A stretch of 64,000 bases of DNA. Origin: Oculina patagonica. Taxonomy: Eukaryota. The notes beneath the pieces were generated by a model. It saw nothing but the letters and a program-made list of their open reading frames with translations, was not told where the DNA came from and made no database searches. The stretch is taken from assembly GCF_052425735.1 (NCBI RefSeq), contig NC_135769.1, positions 1,116,001 through 1,180,000 on the forward strand, given 5' to 3'. This document shows positions 12,789-25,200 of the stretch, piece after piece (the stretch's first letter is position 1; each line of letters begins with the position of its first letter). The position numbers and the translations under genes are program-made.

Positions 12789-15700
12789 TACAGCGCTGTA
12801 CAGGACGTAAACGCGCGGTAGAATGTGGAATAGATGGGTAAATACTGTAAATGAAACATCACCGAGACTAATGCTTTGGATGTAGCGGATTTGTATCCGG
12901 CTTTTTTTACGCGAAGCGTGAAATGTTCTGCTATAAAGTTCCCTTAAAACCATGTTCTAGTCTCCCATTACCACAGCCGGAGAGGCCGGGGCACGCACGA
13001 AGCACGAAGGGGCACGAGCACCGAGAGGGCGCGCGACGAGGGGAGCGCGAGCGGCGGCGCCCCGCGCCCGGGGCCGGAGCGGGGGAGCCGCCGCAGGCAT
13101 TAACCACTGGCTCTAACTTTAACACTCGTCTAGAAATTGCTTTTGATTCGTTCGTCCTATCGTACCAGTTTCGCTTGAAAGGCGGAGAGCAACTCGAAAA
13201 GCTGTCGATAGATTATAGAATTATTTCAATCGCAAATTTGGGAATTTGTAGCCAATAGAAGTTGCTAATAAAGTTCTCGAAAGACCCATTTAAACGTGGA
13301 ATCGAACGAAAAAGTTTCGGCCTAGTATAAGCCGTAGTACACTGTGTCCTTCCGAGTTCAAATTGTCTATAGACGGCATATGCTGTCTGTTTCCAAATTC
13401 ACGTCCAAAATTAATAATCCAAACATTGAAAAAACAACACGCTTAAGATAATAATGCAACATTAACACCCACTATTGAAACTCACCTGATATGTTTCGCC
13501 GTTGTGTGTTGTCGTTTTTCCACGCGCCAACGAAACAGAGAGCACGTGGTTTATGTATGGAGCGAAATTGCTCGAAGGCGTAAATCATCGCAGACAGACA
13601 GCACAAAAGTAAACTTGTAGAATCTGAGTAAACAAGAATTGCGCTTATTTATGTTTCTCATCTGCCGCCGTAATTACTAAGTGGCGAAGCCGTCACTTTT
13701 GAGACAAACGGCGAGAAGAGCGAAATAATAATTTTTGCACGGAGAAAAGGCGCGAGACCGGTGGTCACTCATGTGAAGAGGCTGTAATAAGCTTGTACCT
13801 CTTCAATAAGACAAAGCACGGACATTTTTTAGGTTTTCCTTTGTATTTTTGCTTGAATACATCTTGTTGTCGTGGCCGGAGTCTGAATAAATACTAAAAA
13901 CAAGACAATGAAAATTTGTAAAACCACGTTGTGTTGGATGTTGCGTCATGGCAACGTGAGAAAAGGGTGCGCGATTTTTTTAATGTTTGGAAGTGAAAGT
14001 GGGATGAGATATACAGTTACGTATATTGGGATAAATTTGTCATCTAAGAAGACAGATCCATGTATCAACTAACGTAAATTGCCTGGGGTAATGGGAGCTA
14101 TTAAAACTTGGAATTAAAAAAACGACTACGACAACCAAGGCAACAAAAGGAGCAACTCGTGGGTTTCTTTTTGAGGTTAAACAGGATTTTTCTAGATTCT
14201 GTCAGGTTTATCAGGTTTGTCAGAGATTTATCAAAGTAATGTTTCTTTTCAATGACTCATAATCAGATTGGTAAAGATCGCCTGAAAGTATCACATAATA
14301 AAGATGTATTTATTTTGAGGAAGAAAGTGATTAAATTAAATTAAATTGAAACTGAAATAGTAGCAAAACAAAAAAATCGTCCCACTAAGTCAACGCCAAA
14401 CTGTGGCGTTTTCAACTGAGTTAACAACCGAATGTTTTCAAAATGACGATAATAGCGTGATTTTTCTTTGTTTAATTACCAAAATAATCGTCGACAATTC
14501 TCACGGCATATGCATAAATTGCGGCGGCCCCCACTGTTTAAACAGTCACAGACAATGTGTCGCGAGAAAAGCTTTGTTTGCAAAGTTCAAAAACGCCGAT
14601 TCAATCCCAAAGTAGGCTTCACGTCACATAAAAAAAAAACAGCCCCTGATTGGCTTAGTCGCTTCGTCCAATGAGTTATGTCACAAAAAGAAATTGCTGT
14701 TGTGATGATCTTTAAATGGAATTCCTTTTTCTTTATGATATTTTTATTTGAGAATCTAAAAAGTCGAAGGGGTTGTTTTTGTTCTAGAATGAAGTTCGTT
14801 CTTCATTCACATAACAAAATCGACCGGCTCAGCCAAGGCGTTTTCGCGTGCGCGGTTTTCACGCGAGATCAAAAACAAAGATGACGCAAATTTAGCGCGA
14901 AATGTTATTGTGCGTAGTATGGCTAGACTTTGAATACAGCCAACGCGCGTTTCACACGTTGTAGCGGGAGCGAATGAGAGGCGGCTGTATTCGCAGGCTA
15001 ATTAATGGCCACATCTGCAATTTCAACGAGCAATTTAACGATAGGCTGGATAGGGCTGCTTCTTTGGGATGGTCAGGAAAGATGATCACGTTTTTTCGCA
15101 CTGAGTTCAAACTGTGGCCTCTCTATGCGGTTTCATGAGATGCGGTCTCATCTCGGAACGGAGTTCGTTTTGATACCAGAATGAGATGGCATACCCGAAC
15201 GAACATTTCAAACCGCAATGAACTCATTCCGGGAAGACTTTTGAGGGATAGAAATTTCGTCTTGGTGTCATGTAAACAGATCCAGAGAAATATAGAAATA
15301 TACAAGGATGGAATGAACTCGTTCTGGAATGAAATTCATTCCGGTTTCGTGTAAAAAGCCCCTAGAAAGTTTTAATTTCAAACAAAGAGTTGCACTAAGC
15401 AACTGTATATTCATTTAGTCCGTTAAGCATGAAGCTAAAAAAGAGCGCCAGTGAAAAAACGGTCGTTTTTGCTAAATTGATCTTTGTAGAGAAGAGGCTC
15501 TTTACAGGCTGCTAATAATGAACCGACCCATGAGCTGGATAAGGAACGATTTTCTTGGAGACCATTGCGCGAGTAGCGAAAGTAAAAACTGGCGGGAAAA
15601 ATATTTTGCCTGAAATGTTAGAGCTTTGTTTTTCGTCCGTCAGCGCAAATCCTGGTTGGAGGGTGGGTGGGTGAGTAGACGACCCGAGTGGAACGATGGC

Positions 15701-16869
15701 AGGAAAAATAAACGCGCGTAAACTAGGGCAGGCTGCACAGTAACCCATGGTTCAACTTCCAGCTTGAAGAAGTCAGGAAATAGTTTTTCTCAAAGGATTA
15801 AAGAATACAGTTTTTCCGACCCAGGCTGAATATTCTTATTTTTCTGCCGATTTTAGGCTGAAAATATTCTTATGAACATTCTTAGAAAATACCGTTTGCC
15901 ATTTCCGTTTTAGCAAGTATTGGGTAATCAGTTACAAGTGTTTGGTGTCCAGATCTGTATCGTGTTACATTGTGCACATGTACCATTGCTTTTCGTTGCA
16001 GCCTGGCCGTTTTGGCTTTAAACAAAGCATTCCTCACAGAGATTAAGTGACGGAAATGAAAATACCTGATTTTGTTTCAACTAAAAACTATATTCTTTTC
16101 AAAACTTCAGCCTCGGGTTTATTCTTAAAATATTCTTAAAAATTCGCAAATTTCAGCCTCGATATTCTTATAAACTAGATTCTTGTAAAATAAAAAGAGT
16201 GTAGCAGATGGAGACCAAAACAGTCCCCTGAAAACCTGGGGTGCTCTTGCGTGGGGGTCAACTGTCTGGTGGTGTTCCAAAAAATATTTTTTCCTCTACC
16301 ACCTCTTTAAACCTCTTAGAATTTTACCGAAATTCACGTTTAGTCCCGCCTTAAATATGATCACATTTCTTTTATAATTTTAAAACATACATTTTTTTAG
16401 ACACTTTTTTAATAATATACATTTTTATAAATTTAAAGTTTTTAAACTTTGGCGAGAATGCAATTAAGTTATAAAGTCGAGAATGGCTTGTGCGATTCTG
16501 GCAACAAAGCTTTTACTTCCTTCTCCTGTTCCACAGCATAACGCTGTTTTCAGACGTTGGCTTTCACGACTGTCCTATTGCCTGCTTTTCCAATTCTTCC
16601 ATCTGAAAAATCCAAGTTTACTTCGTAGGGCACTTGGACTTCCTTAGAACTTCGCAATACATAAATCTGTACAATTACGAGCTTCCTCTATTTCGAGGAA
16701 AATCCCGCACTGCCGGACGGGTTGTTTTGATCTCTCAGGACTACAGGTGTTCTAAAATTCATCTACAAAAGAAATTAATCCTGTGTTAGCTTCGAAAATT
16801 AGACGAGAAAGTCTATTTCTCCATTCTTGGTCTCAAAAAAAAAAAAAATCGAAACTTGTAGAAAACTAA

Positions 16870-17267
16870 GGGCGCTTTCCATTAGACAGAACTGGCCAGC
16901 CGGCCGACCCGGTGGTTTTAAATGTGAAATAGGCCCCAGGGGGGGGGGGGGAACGGAATGACGGGGATGACGAGGATTTTTGGGTTGAATTTTCGATTCT
17001 GGGATTTTTGGTCCAGGGATTTTTGGATAATGTCGGAAGAGTTTTTTGGGTCCTGAGTTTTGCGTTCATTCGATCATCCCCGTTATTTACAAGTCAGAGT
17101 ACCCCCTGGGAAATAGGCCTTTTTAACGAGATTTTCCGACAAATCCACCACAGCAATGTATAATATTTATGTATTGACTGATTTGACAGGACAAATCTGA
17201 CTAACAACGGAATTCTGTTCTTCAAGCTACCGGACCGGCCGGCCAGTTCCGACAATTGGAAAGCGCC
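16870..17267. mobile_element. MITE (PIF/Harbinger-like ends)
   Basis: GGGCGCTTTCCATTAGACAGAACTGGCCAGCCGG pairs with CCGGCCGGCCAGTTCCGACAATTGGAAAGCGCC. Confidence 0.7.
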
Positions 17268-17305
17268 ATGAGTTTTCATTTGCTGCTACATGATGCATTT
17301 AAACT

Positions 17306-19800
17306 TCACCTGTGGAATAGTCGTTTCTGATATCTTGTATTCGGAACAAGACCCTTTCTTTTAAGTCTTCTAACAGCTTCTCTCAGATGTTTTGGTTGTA
17401 TGGGACCCTTATCTTTACACTGCTCCATAGTATCACAAGCTGTGAATCAGAAACAATAACACTTATTTAATGTCCCACAGCAAACAGGGAGGGTACTTGA
17501 CATTTCTCAAGGAAGAATTGGAGGCAACATTGAGGGGAGGCCCTTCCAGGAGGGGGTAAATTCTGATAGGAGACATGGCCCAAAAAGTAGTGACAGCATG
17601 TAAAATGAAATTGCAAAAACAATAACCTTTCTCGCCGAATTCCGACAAGTGGCAAATAGGCCTAGAATGACAAATGAAACAAGCACCGGATATTTTGAAA
17701 TTCAGACAAGTGACTTACAGACCTGGCAGGGCCTCATTGAAGGGTCGATGGAATGATTAAGGTAGTGATTACACATCAGCACAGGAACTGTAAAAGTTAA
17801 GCCCTTAGTTAATCAGCCCTGCATGGCGAATTTGATAATGATAAAAACCTGCAAAAGTCATTCTCAAGTGGCAACATACCTTCCTCTACAACCTCTCCAA
17901 CAAAGACCTTGGCTATTCCTGCCATGGCTATGACCACATTTGGAGGGATTGATGTCCCTCCTGTTACACTTTGCATGAGCTGCAAAAAAATACAGAAATT
18001 TTATCAGGGCTATTTCCTTTGGAAAAAAATGGTCAGTAAAATCTGCCTGTTGAGATGATTTTTTTAGACAGGGAGTTATGTGTTGGAAACAAACAAAAAA
18101 GTCAAGCATGTGGAAACTGTGTCTATGAAGCTATTTTTCTCAAGTGCCCATTTAATTCAAATGAGAGTGGTCAAAGAGTAACTTTGAAGCCCAACTGGAG
18201 GGACAAGAAGAGTAAGAAACAAACTGAACGTTTGGTATACTGCTTTGCAGAGACATCATATGTATAATAAATTATCCTTGTGGGTTTTACAACTTTCTTA
18301 CAAAGTAACAGTGTTTAAATACAATTTCTACTTGTTGTTGTAGTTTGTTGTAGTTTTGAAACAAGAAGAATAATATTCCTTATTTTACCCGTTTTATAGC
18401 TGCCTTGGGGAAAGCTGCTCTTCGGTACATTTCATAGCGGTTCAGTTGTTCCTCTGAGAACGAAGACACAAGCAATCTGCCAAAGAGAAATAATTATCTC
18501 CTAATTAAACAATTAAGAAATGGTAATTATTCTGTTCTTATCCTGAGGATCACAGGAAACTGATGGTCCATATTGCTGGTACTAAATTCCAGTTTTAGTA
18601 TAGCTTACAGTTGCCGTACCCCCCTTTCACTTTTTTTCAGGGGGGGGGGGGTACGGCTACACGTAGGCTAGTTTCAGTAGCTTGAATTGACTAAAAGAAT
18701 TGTTACTCCCCCCTGAGTGGGATGCTAGTCTATCACAGGTTACCCCCAGCATTTTGAGTTGCCAAACAATTTAAAAGTTGCACTTTCATAGCATGAAGAA
18801 ACAAATGTCTCACACTGCGGTACGCTTCTTCCATACCTTGGAAGAGAGATTTCTAATATTCCAGTTGAAACCATCACCTCTAGGATTGCTGTAACTTGAG
18901 TATTAGGCATTCCTTCCCCACTTTCCTTTGATTACCTGACCCTCTAAAATGCCTAACTAAGTATTATACTTAGGTTAGGGTCTCTGTAGCATTAAGTTGT
19001 CAGTATGGTGATTTTATGCCGTGACACTCCAAGTTTGCATTAATGTGATAGTCTCTGGTGAAACTCGCTATCCTCCCCTTCCCTCCCCCTCTGGGGGAAC
19101 CCCCCTTTGGCCCACTGTCAGACTTTCTACATTTTTGTGGTTGTCAAAACCAAATGGATCACAGGGCTGCAAATAACAGTTGGTCATCGGACATTGGCGG
19201 ACCAAAATTTGCTTATGTCCGAAGAAATCCCAAGTGCGGTCAGACATAATGTCCAGTCAATTTTTTGATCATAAATCGTTTTACGGCAACAATGAATGAA
19301 AATCTGTCAGACCACAATTTTGTTTTGTCCGACCAAGAAGGTGTCTTAGTAGGACATATGTCCTCTCAAGTGAAAAAACTCATTTGCAGCCCTGGGATCT
19401 AGAGGGTAACCTCATGTATTCTTGTACATGTAGACAGCTGTGTGACAGCATTTGCTGCCTTATCACCTGGTCAACAAGAATAAAGTGTTCATTCAAATAC
19501 TAAAGTTGTATCACCGATCCATTTGTTAAGTAAACTTATTCTATGCACTTACTGCATTTTCTCTCTTTCATCATACGCTTCACTGCTGCTATCTAAAGTA
19601 GTTTGATTTGAAGTTCCAGCGCTTGCCACATCATGTTCAACACTTGGTTTGGACGGACCTGTCTCGCTTGTTTTGTCGTCTGTCGCTCGAATTTTAGCTG
19701 GTGGCGAGGCCAGGTCTTCATCTTTTGTTTTCTGTGTCTCACCTTCCTCGAGTTTTCGTTTCAAAGCGCTACTGCCTTCAACAACATTCTCCGCCGCCAT
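17306..19800 (-). CDS. TAF11: TFIID subunit 11 (histone-fold TAF11)
   Basis: Exons 19800-19553, 18476-18389, 17979-17880 and 17439-17306 splice in frame to ...[98 protein letters not shown]...*, the hallmark TAF11 sequence. Confidence 0.97.
19162..19394. mobile_element. Non-autonomous hAT-like MITE in TAF11 intron 1
   Basis: TIRs CAGGGCTGCAAAT / ATTTGCAGCCCTG, with flanks GGATCA / GGATCT (probable 6-bp TSD, one mismatch). Confidence 0.75.
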
Positions 19801-19966
19801 TTTGGCTCTTTGTGGTGTTGTTCGTGTTGTTCCTCAAGGCGTTCTTTTCGCTTGAGAGACTGGACAGGACTTTATCTCGGAGCTGTCGAACGCTTCCGAA
19901 GATTTCCGAACGGCTTTCCGAACAACTGAAGACCGCGATCTGCGCGAAAGCTCAAGAGATACAAAG
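19801..19966. promoter_or_regulatory. Bidirectional promoter of TAF11 and SAAL1
   Basis: Only 166 bp separate the divergent ATGs. The region is CpG-rich, and both starts sit in AA[A/G]ATGGC (YY1/TISU-like) context. Confidence 0.8.
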
Positions 19967-22216
19967 ATGGCAGACAGAAATCCGTCCCCTCCTCGGCTAT
20001 CTGCGGAAGAAATCGAGCTAATACAGTACGACAATATTGGCGAAACAGTTTATAGCAAGAAGTGGGTCTTGGGAACGCTCATGAAGTTAGTACAATCCCT
20101 TCAGATCAGTACGGAAGACTCCGAAGGTGGAGAAAACGAGGAACATGCCTCGCCGCGCGAGGAAGAAAATTCGCACGAGTTGAGCGAAGCTTTTGAAGGA
20201 GAGCTGTGCGAACTTTGGGACATGTCCATGAATAATGTAAGTAATCGAAAGAAGAAAATACGTCCAAATTCTTCGTGTTTTGGAGATGTTATTGTCAATT
20301 GGAAAGCTGTTTGTATATTTGAGAATGCGTGACATGTGAAACCCTTCAGGGGTGGGGTGAGGTGGAGGAGTAATTGAAGTACAGTAAAAACCCATTAAGC
20401 GGCCACCCTCAGGGAAATGGTAAGTGGTCGCTTAATGGAGGTTGGCCTCTTAATAGGGGTTCGAAAGAAATGGCTAAATTGCAGAATACCCCGCAACTGA
20501 AGGTTCTCTGCGTAGCCACCGAAAAATGGCTGCGCCGTCGGAGTGAGCACTGGGTACAAAAGTAGCGTTCGTGGCGAAAGGACTGGAGAAGAATGATTTT
20601 TTTATGGCTGCGCGGCTACGCGTTTAGTCTACTCTTTGTTGAACAAACACAAATAAAACTTACAATACTTATAAAGGAAGTTTTACTTTAATTTAAATAT
20701 CAACACAGCTCAATTTAAGAGCTCAATTTATTAGTCTTAGGGTTAGCTTTAGGGTTAGGGTTAGTTTTAGGGTTAGTGTTAGGGTTAGTTTTAGGGTTAG
20801 CTTTAGGGTTAGGGTTAGGGTTAGCTTTAGGATTAGGGTTAGGGTTAGTTTTAGGGTTAGTGTTAGGGTTAGCTTTAGGGTTAGGGTTAGTTTTAGGGTT
20901 AGTGTTAGGGTTAGCTTTAGGGTTAGGGTTAGGGTAAAGTTTTTTTTTTGGGGGGGGGGGCTGAAGATTTGCGTAAAGTTTTAAGTTAGAAAAAAAAGTG
21001 CAGAAAGTTTATTTTTTGGGTTGTTTCCGCAGGTAATTACCAGTTTGACCTAAATTATGACGGTGTAGACGCGTAGACGCGTAGCCACTTTGCCATGAAA
21101 CTTCCAGGACTTGGAATAAATTATGACGGTGTAGACGCGTAGACGCGTAGCCACTTCTCGAGTAAACTTCCAGGACTTGGAATAAATTTCGACGGTGTAG
21201 ACGCGTAGACGCGTAGCCACTTATCGAGTAAACTTCCAGGACTTGGAATAAATTTCGACGGTGCAGACGCGTAGACCAGTAGGCAGCTGCACCGTGTAGC
21301 TAGAGATGCGGGGTATTCTGCAATTGCTCCAAAGAAATTAGTGTAAGGCCTTTTTTAAACGACATGTTATTTCAATGCAAAATAGCATGGAAAGGAATCA
21401 CGGAATCACATGAAGACAACAACAAACTTGTGTTTGAATGATTTTGTTAGTCGTCGCCTTCAATTTTGGACTCTTGTCAGTGAGTAGTTTGGTGAAAACA
21501 AAGCTAAACTTCCTACATCACATTCTTTCTGGCTGAAAAAAATAGGGACAAAAACAACCCTCATCGGGACGGGCAAAAGATGGCTACGCCTGCTTTTTAG
21601 GTGACTGCTCTATACATAATAGGGGTTCGACTGTTGTAATTGTTTGTACAATTGGGAAGCCTTACATGTAAAGTACTTTACATTGTAGGATGTTGCTGCA
21701 TTTTTAGAAGAAATGGACACAACTGAAGTCCTTCTGGATGCTGTACTAAAGTCACAAAATGCAAGAGTCACTGTAAGTGTAACGATTACTGTATATTTTA
21801 TTTAACTTGTTGATGTTATTGATGCATGTGCCGGCCGAAACTGGCGGTGAGAAGCGTTGACCTTTGTTCCACTTCTGATGTCATCACCTTTGACCAAAAA
21901 GGCATCATTTACACTCAATGGTTGTTTTTACACTAGATAGAGATGTGTTACCCATCTGGACGAGTTTTGGCAATCATTTTGTATTTTGTCTGGTTAAGCT
22001 TCTCCAGTATTTAGATGGACACAAGACAAGTTACCCGTCTAGATAAGCTTCTTTTGGAAATGTATCTTGAAAGGTGAATTAGAAAAGGTAGCTTGTCTGG
22101 ATGTGTTACCATCTTGTGCCCGTCTAAGTTATACTAGAGAAAATTAACCGCCGCCTGGTTAGCTCAGTTGGTAGAGCGCCGGACTGCTGTGCGGGAGGTC
22201 GTGGGTTCGAACCCCA

Positions 22217-22257
<41 letters not shown>

Positions 22258-25200
22258 TGTGCTGCCTTTGTAATTACATCTGCAAATGGTTAGACGTTCT
22301 TGTCTTCTCGGAAAAGGACAATAAACCGTAGGTCCCGTCTCCTGTATCTTCAGTCTTCTAACAGGGGACGTTAAAGAACCCACACACTATTCGCAAAGAG
22401 TAGGGCACGAAGCTCCCGGTGTTGTGGTCTGGCCTTTACAATTGTATCTTAAGTTACAGTATGTGTAAAGCGCTTTTGAACATATATATATGGAAAATGC
22501 GCTATATAAATGCATTATCATTATCATTATAACCAGATGAACAACAACATGTTTGCCAAAGCTTGTCAAGATAGCTAACACGTCTCTAGTGTAAAAACAC
22601 TACAGGAGGAAAAGATCTTCCTAATAATACCCAAAGCGCAGTGATTGGGTTAATTGAGCTCAAACATACGAAATCGCTTAGAAGTTTGAGTGAAAATCTC
22701 AGTAAAATTTCCATCTTCTACCCTTGGCTACTCTGTAGGAATTTTCCGTCTTGTTGATGCTTTCTCAGAAATTCTTAAACTGAAGGCAAGCCCGGTAGAA
22801 GGCCAACAACTGTAGCAAAAACATAAGAAAAGTGAAGAAAGAAAAGCAAAAAATAAAATAAAATAAAAACAGAAAGTCAAAAGAGTTAGGTCACTTTCCC
22901 ATCCAAAAACTGTCCCAAGATTGTGATTTGTGCTCACTCCTGAGCAAAATTTTCACAAAACATGATGTCTTAAACATTCATTTTTTTCCAAAAAAAAAAA
23001 AATCCAGGCCCCAATAGATTAAGCTTATTGAGTTCTCTGAATTTGGTATGTTTATGAATTTCATTAATTTTTTTTAATCACCTCTCTAGACAGATCACAA
23101 AAATGACAATAGATGGTGTTTGTTCTTTATGACAGGAAATTTGTGTTGGCATTCTGGCAAATATGGCCTGTAGCCATGGCGTTTGTGTGAAGATGATGAG
23201 GAATAAAGATCTTGTGTAAGTGTTTTGTAGTGTTACAAAGACTGTATATATAGTACATTATTTTATCTTCAGTGCTCTTATTGTTATGTAGTTCCTGGCC
23301 AATTCCCCACAGAGGGAGAAGGAACTGATGGCACAGTGGTGAGAGCGCTCACCTCCCCAAATTTGAACAAGATACTTAATTTAATGTGGAATTCCACTTT
23401 AATAGCTAAAAGCTATTTTTACTCTGATAATTGTGTATTATTTGTTAATTTTTTCAGTGACATTGTGACAGTATTGCTTGATGAACCTGATGCTCCAGTT
23501 CTGGTGGAGGTTACCAGGTAAATGTGGTCTGCTCCTACCTCTACAGATGAGTTTTGTTATTATTCAACAACTGCACGCACTGCCCATATAAGGTTAAATT
23601 GTTAACGTTATCTGTCATCCGTACATAACAGATATCCTGCCATATACATAGGTTGCGAAAATTCGTCCGAAGTCTTGTAAAGCCCTGCATAATTACAGTT
23701 TTTCTATCTGCAAAATGTGTTTCGTTGACAATTTGTTGAATAATAAAACAATTATCCTGCTCAATCTTGCGGAATATCGTCTGATTTTAGCCGACTCGGC
23801 CTACGGCCTGCGCGATTTTGTAGGATAATTGTTAAATTTAATGTTGTTCAAGTCTCTGGTACTGCTCTCTCTTGGAGTGGAGTTTTGGAATGTGATGACA
23901 AATGAGATGGTTGAAGTACAAGTTATAAGGGAGACACACATCTATTTTTTGCCTTGACATATCATCTTATTGCAAATGTTTTTTAATGTTTTTTAATTTT
24001 CGTTCCATTCAGGCTGATTCATGTCTGTTTAAGTAATGATGAAGTAGAGTCACAATGGATGGCAGTATTGGAGACTGAATCAGTCTTCAAGAACTTCATT
24101 TACATTTTGGAGAACTCTTTGAATGGTAAGATACAAAGAATCAGAATAAAGAATAGCATCCACCAACAGTCTACAATACAAGGTAAAAAAGTACTTCATT
24201 GAAGACTGTTGGCGGATGCTAATCTTAAGTAACACTCTATTCCTAAGACTGAAAGTTATTATTCTAAATTGTCGTAACTAACAGTCATTTTGTTTCATGT
24301 AAAGTTTTATCTTGTTGTTTTGTAGTGGATCTCCTCACCAACTGTTCCCAGGTAGTGGATAAGGTGCTTGATTCAAGTGATGAAATGTTAAGGACTTGGG
24401 CCGACCTGCCTTTAGTTACTGCTGTTTGTGAAGCCATGAAACAGATGCATATGAGGTAACTTTTTTCTCTGATGATAATGATAATGTACTGCATACGTGT
24501 CCTTACAGTAAACAATCTCTATACTAGCTGCTTTACAATTTCTCAAACCACCAAGGGAAACAATAACTGGTTCGAGAAATCGGGGTGCTCAAAAAATCAG
24601 GGATAACATTGCGATGTTCAATGGAGAGAAAGGAAGCGACTTTTGGTATGAGTTATCAGGGGGTCCAGATTCCATTGTTATATAAATAAAAAATAGTATT
24701 TTTGTATTTACAAGAGAGTCCTGAAGGGGTAAAATGGGAACTGGGATTTGGGTAGATTTTCATTGGAAAAATGGGATTTTGGTCACTGGGACTGGGATTT
24801 GGTTACTGAGAATGGGAATCACTGACAGAAAAACAATAGAACTGGGACATGGATTTTGACAATTTGGGAAAACAAGAGGGTGGGAAATGGGATTTGGGCT
24901 GTTAAAATGGGATTTATACCCCCCCCCCCTTCTCAGGATCCTCTGATAACAATGTCATTATTTGTCAAAGGTCCAAAATTTATTTCATTTCTTTTTCTTT
25001 ATACAGATCTGAGCAATTGCATATTGTCGAGACCCTTTTTCACATTCTTCAAATGGTGTCCACTGTGGAACAAGGTGTCAGAGGATTAGGTCAGTTAATA
25101 AACTGTACAAAAAAATCTATTGAAAACACCTTTGCTAGGCCTGGCCTTAAATATAGACTGAAAAACAGTTGTATTTTTTGTGAACTTGGGCAGTCTTCCA

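Larger units (their letters stand above)
20472..21330. mobile_element. Non-autonomous TIR DNA transposon with an 8-bp TSD, carrying TTAGGG arrays and a 66-bp tandem repeat
   Basis: Ends GGCTAAATTGCAGAATACCCCGCA / TGCGGGGTATTCTGCAATTGCTCC. TSD AAAGAAAT at 20464-20471 and 21331-21338. It sits inside an older TA-CAGT...ACTG MITE (~20380-21634). Confidence 0.85.

Noticed and set aside
12923-13258. Arg/Gly/Pro-rich ORFs
   Set aside because: They are open only because of the GC-rich patch; no splice or homology support.
16470-16760. Possible decayed coding fragment on the - strand
   Set aside because: It has two in-frame stops and no recognisable family motif.
19633-20395. Several overlapping ORFs around the TAF11/SAAL1 starts
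   Set aside because: They are antisense or alternative-frame shadows of the real first exons.
20737-20934. True telomere or chromosome-fusion scar
   Set aside because: It is short, in one orientation, intronic, and enclosed by TIRs and a TSD.
21051-21276. 66-bp periodicity resembling a CRISPR repeat-spacer unit
   Set aside because: The units are near-identical along their whole length and lie inside a TIR element.
22150-22225. tRNA gene
   Set aside because: It continues directly into a SINE body and tail, and the acceptor and anticodon stems are imperfect.
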